This document shows, in pieces, positions 51,291 through 62,200 of a stretch of 64,000 bases of DNA (position 1 is its first letter; each line of letters begins with the position of its first letter). A program made the position numbers and the translations under genes. This DNA is from Eutreptiella sp. 'Long Island Sound 2002' (Eukaryota; Protista; Euglenida), in assembly GCA_964036045.1 (NCBI GenBank), contig OZ038378.1, positions 35,712,001-35,776,000 of the forward strand. Direction: 5' to 3'. The notes under the pieces are model-generated. The model was not told the DNA's origin. It did no database searches and saw nothing but the letters and a program-made list of their open reading frames with translations.

Positions 51291-54200
51291 TTAGTGGCGG
51301 CCCAAAATGTAATCTTTCACCCCGTGGGGCAGCTTGCGCCACCCACATTGGGGGGCTTCCTCCTCGTGCACCGGAATTGGTGCACACACCCCAAGGGCCC
51401 CAGGGCAAGGGTGCACACCATGGAGCAGGGAAGCCACGTACACACCAATAGGGGTGCGGAATTCCGCACGCAAGAACGGCAGGGAATCCAAGCAGGCGTA
51501 CGCGTCTTGCCACAAGGGCAGGTGGATCGTGCGGTACGCCCCTACTGTCTCCTTGTTGCTGTACTTTTGCTTCCAGAAGAGGGGCCTTCCCACCAGGTGC
51601 TGGACGAGTCGCTGCTCCCACACGTCAAGCTTGGATGTGTGGGTTACCCTCACCAGCCCCCCCCCGTCCCCCTCTCCCCTGTCCCCTTGTCCATCGTCCT
51701 CAACCAAGACGTACGGGAGCGCCCATTCGGTGAAGTCAGGCAGGATGACCCCCAGAAGGCGGGGTTTCACAATGTTCCCCCGTGCATCCCTCAGACAAAC
51801 AGACACCTCATCCTTCCGATTGTTGGCCATGATGCGCTCAAAGTCAAGCAACTGATCCGCACTGCCTGGTTGATACCCCCATGGGTCCCGTGCCCTCTTG
51901 TGCCTCCTCCATGGCTTCCACAGCCAGTGCCCCACCACCCCCCCAGCCAACCGGTAGATTGTGCCATGCACAATCTTCTCCACAGTTGCGGCCTCCCTCA
52001 GAACCCGTGCCAGCTCAAGAGTGTCGCTCACAGTCCTAGAGGCTGCTTCCCACTGCATCGCGTGCAGTGCCTCGAGCCATACACCAGGGGTGGGGTGGGT
52101 GGTCCACCGTGCAAAGTGCCCGAAGAGGTGCAGCTCCGACTGCGCCCTGCTGGTCATGGTGTTTGACCGCCAGATGTCGTGCATGATCCCTGGTGTCTTG
52201 GACACCAGGGAGGCAAGGATCACTGGGGCTTGCAGCCCCTGCAACCTATCGAGGGTCGCAACCGTGCTGAGGAGGTTTACATGATGGGTCTGCCACTTGC
52301 GGCCAACAGACGCCACGCAGTGTTTCATCCACACCATCTGTGCGTAGTGAGTCGTCACTACCGCTACCGACTGTGCTGGGTAGGTCCCTTTCCTGGCAGC
52401 ATACTCCAAAAAATGGCACACCAGCAAACCCTCCTCCATGCTCAGGCCCCCCTTGTTCAGCAACACCGGGTCCATTCGCAGCGTGGCCCATGCTTCCTGT
52501 ACGTCTTGCCACATTCTACCTAGGTCCTGTGCCCCCAAAGTCTGCTCCAACTCCCCCCACCAAGTGGACCTAGCGAGGTCCACAATGCGGATGGGGTTGT
52601 TCAGGATGGGGTCGGGGAGGGGGTGCTCAGATGAGTGGTAGTGGCCAACTGCCCCCCCCGTAAACAAGGCACGCATGACCGTGGCCAGCGGCTGGGTCAT
52701 CCGGTACTATTGTACCAGGATACTGGCCCGGCAGCGCGTGCGGTACAAAAAGAATTGCAAGGTGCTGGTGGTGCAAAACCGATGCGAATCATGCCAATGC
52801 ACTTCCGGGCCAGGACCGTCCATTACAACCCTGTTGAACTTGAAGGTGTCCGCCCGTGGCCATGCCACTCTGTGGGGGACTACGTCAAGCCCCTCAGCCT
52901 CACACCAACTTGCCAAAAGCTGGACGTGGCTGTAGGGCCGCAACTGCCTGGGTCACCACACAGCTGACATTGGCTGCCCATGGCGGCCAAGTCCAGGCCT
53001 ACAGGGATGCTGTGCCTCGACGCCTCATCCACGAAGCTGAACGTGAACCTGGTTTTTTCCTGCCCTTTCCCAAGCAGCATCTTGTGCCGGTTAGCAACCA
53101 TCCCAGCCGTGGCAAACAGAACACGGCAGGAGTTGAGGGCACATTTGAGGGTAGGCTGGCAACCTGGGGTCTTGCCCAAGGTCTTCTGCACCTCCTCCTG
53201 GTCGAAGGGTGCCAGGCCTGTTGGGGCAGTAGCCCGTTGGGCTCGGAGGCGCAACCAGGGGGCTGGGTGCTCGCCAAGCACCTTCTCACGAAACACACTG
53301 TCCTTGTAACACTCCTCGTGAACGCGTGCCAACAACATGTCGACTTGTGCGTTCGTGGGTGCAGTCACCAACACGCATGCGCGGGGTTGGGTATCTGACT
53401 CAGGTCCCCCCACCTTCCTGCCCATGTTCCACGTACTCCGGTCAGCAGGTTCAGGGTTCTGGGCGACCAGGAGGCCTTGCTGCCATAGCACGGCCTTGAT
53501 GCATGCCACCAAAGTCTCCGACTTCCCTGTGCCAGCACCACCAGTCAATGCCGTGATGCATGACTCATCCAACACCTGCCGCACAGCCAACGCCTGTGAG
53601 GGATTCAGCCCGTGCTGTTAGACAAGGTGTTTCAGGATGTCCTGGTCCTCGGTCGAAAGGGGAGGCGTGTCCCTCGGTTCGGCCCGCATGTTTGCCAGCA
53701 GTTGGGGCCACGCTTCTCCGTCCTGGATCTCCCTACGCAAGGTCTGAAAGGCACCTGTGTCGGGGACAACCTTACACCAATAGGTGTCAGCGAGATTGGT
53801 GTGTGGCTTATTGGCACAGCTGATCCAAACACGCTGTCCTGAGATGCCATCTCCATGCACCCTCGCCTCGAAGTCCGGCTTGTTTTTATCCCAGTGGTGG
53901 TTGCTGCAGATCAGTCACGCACCATGTCACCATCGGACAGCTCATAGTTGCCCCAGACCTCCATTTGGGAGGCCCATTGTGGCGGTGGGGGAGCATTCCC
54001 ATCCCCATCGCCATCACCGTGGGGCCACCATTCCTCAAAAGCCAGGCGCCGCTTGGTGCCGTTCTTGTCTGCCCACACCTCAGCGGCCGCCATCTCATGG
54101 ACGGTGTACACCTCTGATTCTTTGGTCACGAACTTGTCGCGGTCAAGCCACCGTTGCGTAAACCCTTCGACAAGGTTGTCATCGGGCCCGTAGTCCATGT

Positions 54201-56069
54201 TGTTCAACGTGGCCGTAGTGGGCAACAGTGTTGGCTGCTGTGGCTGAGCAGCACATGGTGGTTGTGAAGAGGGTTGAGCTCCTTGTGGCGCACCCGAGTC
54301 GGCCGGCGCCATGGCCGGGACAGGGGCGGATTGCTGCGGCTCGGGGGCACGCATTGCTGGTGCAGAGGGTTGGGTACCCTGTGGCGCGCCCGAGTCAGCC
54401 GGCGCCATGGCCGGGACAGGGGCGGATTGGTGCGGCTCGGGGGCACGCATTGCTGGTGCAGAGGGTCGGGCACCCTGTGGCGCGCCCGAGTCCACCGGCG
54501 CCATGGCCGGGACAGGGGCGGATTGCTGCGGCTCAGGGGCGCGCAATGATGGTGCAGAGGGTTGGGCACCCTGTGGCGCGCCCCAGTCCACCGGCGCCAT
54601 GGCCGGGACAGGGGCGGATTGCTGCGGCTCAGGGGCACGCAATGATGGTGGTTGTGCCGAGGGTTGCGGTGGGATCATGACGAAATCCACACCCCCGGGT
54701 GGCGGCTGGGACGGTGCCTGTGGGGGGGCAGAGGGTCGCGCGCCCCTGTCAGCCGGCGCGAGGGCCGGGTCAGGGGCGGAGTGCAGCGCCTCTGGGGCGC
54801 GCGGTTGAGGTGCCATTGCCTTTGGGGGGGCAGAGTGCGGCGCGCCCCTGTCAGCCGGCGCCAGGGCCGGGACAGGGGCAGACTGTGGCGCCTCTGGGGC
54901 GCCCGGTTGAGTTGCCGGTGCCCTTTGGGGGGCACAGTGCGGCGCGCCCCTGTCAGCCGGCGCGCGGGCCGGGACAGGGGCGGAGGCGCGCGCCTCTGGG
55001 GCGTGCGATGGTGATGGTGATGGTGATGGTGGTGGTGCTGTTGCCTTCGGCTTCGGCTTTGCACCATACTTGGTCTTGGCAAGCCATTTTGGAGCCATTT
55101 GGAAGAGTGCCCTACGAGTAAGAGACGCTCGGCGCACACTGCCCGAAGAGCTGGAAATTCGAACGTCTCGCCGAAGTCTGGGGTCGCTGCAAGGGGGCTT
55201 GCGCAGGGAGCAATGACCCAAATTGCGGGGGGGGCGGACTGAGACGCACGCCGCTGGAGCAATGAACCGTACTGCGGGGTGGGGCATGGCCGCTTTGGGG
55301 CGGGAGCCAGTGGGAGGAGTGAGGTACGGCGGTGCCTGCTATATTGGGTCAGCGTCACCTGATCACTTGGTGGAGGGGGCAGCGGCCGACGCGGCACAGG
55401 TGGCGGGGCTGGCTTGGGGATACGGGGGGGTTTTGGGGTGGCACACAGGATTTCAAGTACCACTGCTGCATGCTCCTCGTCCCTGCTGAGGAAATGCGAA
55501 CGACTAATTCGCATGCCCTCCTGCCACACACGCAGGGGGTTTTTCTTGGGCTGCTGCACAGCAAACCGGTACATCGCTCGGCGGTTCAGCACCCCGTCTA
55601 CGAAGTACTGGACCCCACCCCCGTGATTCTCCCGGATGAGTTGCAGTGTTTTGGCACTGTAGGGCCCGTGTACAGTGGGCTTTGGGGGGGTGGGCGGGTC
55701 CTTGGGTACGTACTTGGGGGGTTGCGGGGGGGATGGCGGTGGCACGGCAGTGCACATCAGGGCCTCCTCCACGGCTTCCAGGGCTACCAGGTATGGGGTT
55801 GGGTTAATGTGGGGTCTGCGTGGAGGACTTACGGGCATTGGAGAGGTTGTTGGTGCACGGCAGGGTGAAGGGGGAGAGGGAGGCGGTGTTGGCAATGGAG
55901 GCTGGGGGGAGGCCAGTTCGCTAAGCACTTCTCAGCATCAGAGTCCCACGGTGGTGATGGGGGTTGGTCTCCAAACCGCAAGAGCTCCGGCAGATCCCCC
56001 CAACCGCATTCCGGGAACGAAGGGCTGGAGGGGGCGGAAGAGGCCACACTAAGGGGGCTAGACGACATG
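51291..56069 (-). pseudogene. Large intronless Upf1/DNA2/NAM7-like superfamily-1 helicase ORF, decayed
   Basis: LNPSQALAV, Walker A GGAGTGKS, Ia VLVTAPTNAQVD, II FVDEAS, III CGDP-QLRP, Q*YRM, VAVVTTHYAQ, V TLDRLQGLQAPVILASLV and VI RSNTMTSRAQSELHLFG. Several stops and frameshifts. Long Pro/Ala repeat N-terminus. Confidence 0.88.
54200..55000 (-). repeat. Coding tandem repeats in the helicase N-terminus (~28-aa units, QSAPVPAMAPADSGAPQG..APEP)
   Basis: About 7 GC-rich units inside ORF 53911-55287. Confidence 0.9.
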
Positions 56070-56349
56070 GCAAAGTGCAGCCCGCAGTGGGTGGGGGATG
56101 AACGCATGGGTGCTGGGGCAGGCCCAACTCAAATGTTTGGGTCAGAGACGCAACGGTCTAGACCCTAGACGCGCTTCCTCGCCTCAAGGGTCAAGGGTCG
56201 ATAACAAAAGAGTGCCCTATGTGTAGAAGAGGCTCAGCGCACACTTGTCTCCTAGGCAATACACGCATTTCCCTATGTGTCGAGAGAGACATGCACAACA
56301 AGGAACAGATAAGCGTTGAAGGGACATAGGTACCAGGAGCATGTGACAT

Positions 56350-57965
56350 GGGACCCCTTCTCAGTAGCGGGCAGCATGTTCATCATTGAAGGGGTCTATG
56401 GTCATAGGCGCCATGGCCTAGACCACAGACGTACTAAACACCTCAAGGGTGTTGTGCATGATCCACCAAATAAAGTAAAATCAAGTGCGATAAAACCAAA
56501 ACATACCATGAAATCCCAACCACATTAAATCAATGGACCAGCAGTACCCACATAGCAGAGCCCCTTCTCAGTTTTTTTTTTTGGCTGACAGTGGGAATTC
56601 TGCATCACCCAACTCGAATGCAGTCCGTCACATTGGACAGTACTGCGCCCAGCAAGGCAGAATGAAAAAGAAACCTTGGGGCCGGAATCTGCGCAATGAC
56701 CCAGACAAGCTGTCAAGGTAGGGGCTGGCGTATGTTGTGCAGCACAAGGGTGCAGTAGGGCTGATTGCAGTGGTCTTTGGCAAGTTTGGCAAACATGCAG
56801 ATCCGTTGGAGTATGGGGAGATGCCTGGCTCCATCCAACAAAATAGGGCCTATGACAGTAGGCCCTGGACAGATTGTTCCCACATGGCTGACACATCATC
56901 GAAGGGGATGCATACGTGGAAACATGGAAGCAAATACCACGAAATCAGAACCCCTTCTCAGTTGTCGTCAGCAAATTCCTCATCGAAGGGGTCTGTGGTC
57001 GTAGGCGCCAGGGCCTAGACCATGGACATACCAAACACCTCGATGGGTGTTTTTCAGGAACAAACAGCACACGTTCAAATACACCGTCAAAAGAAATGCA
57101 ATGCGACACGTGGCACCAAAGTTGCAAATGTTCACGACTTACACCATAACACACCTCTGAGAATTGTAGTCTGTGGGTAATCTGTAGTCTGTGATTTTTT
57201 CCATGTTTTTCCACTACACACAGAACCAACAGAACATCGAACATCACAGACACACACCATTTGATGCTGACACTGAAAGAGGCAAGGCAGGCTTTTCCAC
57301 ACCATTGCGCATGGGGTTGCGTGGGGGGTGTTTTCCCTACACTGTGGATTTCTCTGCATGGTTTTCCAAACTTCCTCAAGAAACACCACGGCAAGACGGA
57401 GGACGACAAGACAGAGCACAGGGGTTTTAATGGTCGTCACCAGATCCTGCAATGAACAACAAAGCGTGAGCAGGGCATAGTGCACCACATTGCAATGAGC
57501 CTTCGGGGCTGGGACAGAGGGGCGGTTTAAAACAAGGAAGTCAAATTCGAAATCACTGCAAAGCCCCTTCTCAGATGTAGGTTGCTTGGTTTTCAAAATG
57601 GTTGCTGGCCATTGGAGGACATGGTGCACATTCTGGTGGACATGGTACACTGACTGCTGGGGGCAGTCCCATTCCTCGGCCGCAAATCCGCAAAGCTCCG
57701 TCCGCACAAAACAGGTCCTAAGAAATAGGTCCCTGCGGGGGTCGACACTGAAGACCCACGCGTGACGGAGCAGCACATGTAAATTGTCATGCATCGTCAT
57801 TGAAGGGGCTCACAGTCAGAAAATTGTAATTGGTTGCAGGAGCAAACGTGCCAGAACCCCTTCTCAGTTGTGATCAACGCGTTCATCATTGAAGGGGTCT
57901 CTGGTCTAAGGCGCAAAGGCCTAGACCACAAACAATCAAAAACACCTCAAGGGCGTTGTACACAA
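56350..57965 (+). repeat. Three dispersed ~130-bp direct repeats in the hAT 5' non-coding region
   Basis: CCCCTTCTCAGT..CATC(A/G)T(T/C)GAAGGGGTCT..GGCCTAGACCA..AAACACCTC at ~56354, ~56950 and ~57858. Confidence 0.75.
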
Positions 57966-58313
57966 ACAAATTGTCTGCTCAAACAACCAAAATCAGAATC
58001 AAATTGAAGTTGTCACATACATTGTCAACAACAGGTGTGCAATTGGTTTCCAAACGGGGGGTTTGTTTTTTCCGTGGCACCTTTTTTCCTCGGGGGGGGG
58101 GGGGGGGTTGAAAGCACCCGATAGTGGGGGGGGGGGTCACGGGGGGGGGTTTCCTGCGAAGACTTTGGTGTGGACAAGGGCGGGGGGGGGGGGGGTTGAT
58201 GTTGTGCATAATCAAGGGGTCGGGGGAGGGGGGTTCATGGTCTGGTAATGATGGTCCATAAAAGTCTGATGTCTGATGTCTGATAGCCGACTAAGTCGCT
58301 ATACACAATCCTG

Positions 58314-58940
58314 ACACCGCCATCTCAATGACCCACAAATAGGCGAGTGCGCGGCCCCGTTTGCCGTGGTTGAGGAGCCCAATAGACAATTGGGTCCAAC
58401 CCTGAGCCGCACATGGGTAGGCATCCCCGCGCACAATAAACGTGAGGGGCCGGTCCCAATTAATGGTGTCCACTCTTGGTGGACGCGATTGAATGTAGCG
58501 GGCCCATGATTGCACAGGCCAACTGCGGCCACTAGCGGGTGGGTCGTCCACTTGCACGGGGGGCCGGAACTCTAGCGGCTTAGCCATATCCTTCCACGTG
58601 TCCGAGAAGGCTTGCCACGTTGGGATGGGTCGCGGGAAAGTGTGGCCCGTAGCGGCCGTATAGTCAATTCCTCGCCGTGTCATGAACTCGAAGAGGTGGC
58701 GGAACCCCGTCTTCGTGACATTGAGATCCATGAGGAGCCCAATAAACTTGGTCGCGGGAAAAAGGGAGGAGGTGTATTGTTTCACCGCCTCCACTTGCTT
58801 AGTACGAATAAGGGAGGGGTAGCCAACGTCCGTGGCCTCCGGCCATCGGGCCCAGGCCAAGGGAGATGCAGCCACTCACTCACCAAGGAGTTGGGAGAAC
58901 AAAGGGTCCCGCAAACTCTTGGCTCCACTGAAACGTCATG
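58314..58940 (-). pseudogene. RAG1/Transib-like DDE transposase, 5' part
   Basis: FIGLLMDLNVTKTGFRHLFEF, PLTFIVRGDAYP (first catalytic Asp) and TQLSIGLLN...LWVIEMAV. Joins in frame to 46062 once the hAT and one TSD copy are removed. Confidence 0.72.
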
Positions 58941-59259
58941 CTAAGCTCGAGAATAGTGTCTCAAGGGAAAGGCATAACAAGTGCTACACAAGAGAAAAGG
59001 GGGTATGGAGTGGGGTTGGCGGTGGACCCAAAGAAGAGGACTAAGGGTTGCACACCCAACCCTTAGGCAACCCAACATCTCTACAAACCCATTGGGGAGT
59101 ATTCTACCACAAAAAAAACCCTCAAGACCCTAGCATACGCATGCAATTAACGGCGCAAATAGTTGAAACCCTAGAAAATACTAGGTATTCTCGTTTGCCA
59201 TGTTAAAATTTATCGGTTTAACATTTCACACCTTTCAAAAATTAAAATTGAAAATTTAA

Positions 59260-62200
59260 CATATTGGATTTAACGTGGGTCTCTTGGGCGGGCCTTCGAG
59301 TTCTTTGGTGGCTGGGCATCCAATCCATGGCGACTCACCTGTGTTGTGTGTGGCCACACACCGTGTGCGGACTTCGGCATCAAAACACTCCCGTGTGGGC
59401 CTTTTGTTAGCGCACGTGGTCACAGCCATATTGCAAATGTCCCGCATATCTCCGTTTGCTACTATATCTATCCAATTGGCTGCGCCATAATGCTAGTCGA
59501 ACGTCACGTAGCCTGACAACACGTCCTTGTATTCCAAAAGAAGCGTACAAGCGGTAGACACTGCGGGGTCGAGTTGTGAGCCGCGTGAGGTACAGTGACC
59601 AAAGGACCCCTCCACATGGTGGCCTTGGTCGTGGGCCCCGAGCAGTGGTACAAGGCCGAAATGTATTGTATACCTGATATGGTGACGAGGTGATATCCAG
59701 ATGGCACAGTGCCCGCCGAGGGGTTGTCGTGGAAGCGGTGTGGAGCCATGTAGTGGCGTGTGTAGAGGCTTGCGGGTCAACAGCGGGATGCGGTTGTCGG
59801 AGGTCTCGCGATCAAAAGAGTTTGGTCCTTCGGCCGGTTGTGGTGCGAGGTCCACCTGGAGTGCCGTGTGCGGGCCCAGCTCGATGAGTATGGCCAAGCA
59901 ATTATGAATGGGTACAGCCTGTGAGGGCAACATGTGGCTCATCCCACGAAGTTCGGGCAAGCATCTCGTGTGTTTTGCACCATGGTGACGAATCGTGCCT
60001 TGTGGGTCCGAAACATTTGGCGCAAGCCCTATCGGTAAGAGTGACGTAGCATGGAGCGTGTAGTGGGATATATGGACGTTGGTTGTGTTGAGCTCCACAG
60101 CCTCCGCCATGAGCAGAAACCTTAAGCACATGGAGTCCGTTGCCTGGAACAAAGAGTCATTGGGAAGAATGAGGGAGCCGTAATTCGACCGCGGGAGTAG
60201 AATGGCATTGAAAAGTTGTACTCTTTTGAAGGCATTCATTGTCAAGCACTTGTACCTGTCCAAATCGGCGCACATTGTGCCAATAAAGTCGTCACGTGCC
60301 TTTTGCTCCCACACTGGGTGTGCCATTAGGTGGCCCAAGTAGTGGAAGGTGGGGTCCTGCAGCGGTAGTTGTGTGCCGCACAATGTGATCACGTCTTTGT
60401 GCGGAGAGCATCGCCGTGCTACTCCCAGGCGGCGTGCTGGAGGGCCCATCGGTATACTTGTGTTTTTGCTAAATTAGTTCTGCGCACTCGTATGGTTCAC
60501 TGCTCGCTCACGGGTTCCCAGACTTGTTGCATCTTGCGGTCACGGGGGGAAATGATGGCAATATCGAACGTAAATGGGATAGTGCCATTGGGGAACGCCT
60601 GGATGAGGGTTTGGTGGAAGGCCTCGCATACAAGCACCAAAAGTGCGGGCGAGTGGGGACGACCGTCTTTGACCCCTCGGCATAGCAGAAAAACGGATGT
60701 CTGCATGTGCCCCCATGCATTGCGCATAGATGCTGACCACCATGTTGTATATGCGGGCCGGCGGGCCTATGGCTTGGAGGCCGCAAGTGAGGCATTCGCG
60801 GGACACCTTGGGGCAGGAATTTGCAATGTCAAGGACACATACAGGTGCATCATTCGCATAGTAGCCCCGGGGCAATCATATCCGGAGGGCGTGCTACGAG
60901 CTGGTATACCCCCGCCTGCTTTCCGCCTCGGGGTCGGGGAGGGTAGCACTTGTGGGTTCCCGCAGGGTGCACCACAGGAGATAGGGCACAAGGGAGTACA
61001 TCCCTGTCGCCACACTGATGGGTTGGCGGCTACGGGCCGTCTGACTGACCCTGATTTGTCAGTCATGGCGATTCTTGCCTCTAACCAGTAGGATGGGATG
61101 TAGCCGCTTTCCTAGACCCAACACATCGCAATGTAGAGGTCCCATTGTCACTCTGTGGACAGCCACTAATAAATGTGTGTTGGCACATGGTGCAATCCTG
61201 CCGCCTTTCTTTTTGGCTGGCCGAGTGCTGTCGTGAAAGCCTCCGACTAGGGTGGTGACTAGCGGTCCCCGCTGCATGCAGGGGGATAGAAGAGCTTTTG
61301 CCTCCTCCGGCCACCATGCCGCATCCATGGCCAAGTGTGGGAGATGCTCTCCTTGTCTCCGGGATGTGCAGCGGCAATTCCACAGATGAGCCACCACTTC
61401 ACGGTGCTAAAGAACATGGACAAGCGGTGCACTGTGCAGTCCCCACGGCGTCATAGGTGTGTGTGAGTTTGTTGCATGTTGGCGGCAGCTTTATTGTTGG
61501 TCCAAGCTTGCTGGGCTTTTGTGGAGGAGGAGTTGCGCCGCATGTTGTTTGCCAGCTGGTGCTCAACGGGTCGTGTGCCGGCTCTGGGCAGAGATCGGAC
61601 AACATAACGTTGCACACGCCGTCTATGATAGGCGCCCCCCCTATCTAGCAGGCGCATGTGATGGTCATCTATCACTGAGTGCTCCTTGCATCATTGGGTC
61701 ATGTGGCATGTAAACTTGCAGAACAGTGAGGATGGCCGGTGGGACACGCTGCCATGACCAGCGGCAGTGGTGGCCGCCGCCCCATCGGGTTCGTTATCGT
61801 CGCCATGACACCTTTGTGGGGGAAGTGCACGGCACTTGCTAAGACCGGGGGTCAAAGATCCAGTAATGCGGGGGAACATAGGACATTATCCAGCCTATAG
61901 ACACGCCTGTGTGTAGTGCGATTGTGAAGGTCAAAATACACGTGCATTGGGACCAGCTGTTTGCCTCATTCCAGGAGCCGGTGCTAATACCTGGTTGGTT
62001 GGGATGGCGTTCCCCAAACGTTGTTGCTACAATCCCCGTTGACCATGCTCACGTCCGGTCATCGTGCAGACCAGTCATCTAGTGATTCCCGCTGATGCCG
62101 TGAAAAAAGACCATGGATGTTGGCAATGACGCATGGAGCTTGTCCCCGGAAGGCCAATTTGATGATCTGAGCCTTCTTTTCCATGAAGGGTAGCTTGGAG

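Larger units (their letters stand above)
46071..58313 (-). mobile_element. 12,243-bp hAT element carrying a transposase and an SF1 helicase ORF
   Basis: TIR CAGGATTGTGTATA (46071-46084) / TATACACAATCCTG (58300-58313). 8-bp TSD ACACCGCC (46063-46070 and 58314-58321). (GTCTGAT)3 near both ends. A ~200-bp imperfect subterminal inverted repeat pairs 46215-46430 with 58010-58210. Confidence 0.95.

Noticed and set aside
51291-56069. Helitron
   Set aside because: The helicase motifs are Upf1/DNA2-type rather than PIF1-type, there is no HUH Rep domain, and no TC...CTRR termini were found.
41600-59300. Transib TIRs (CAC...) with a 5-bp TSD
   Set aside because: The candidate CACGTTA at ~59277 (minus strand) had no matching partner or TSD; the ends remain undefined.
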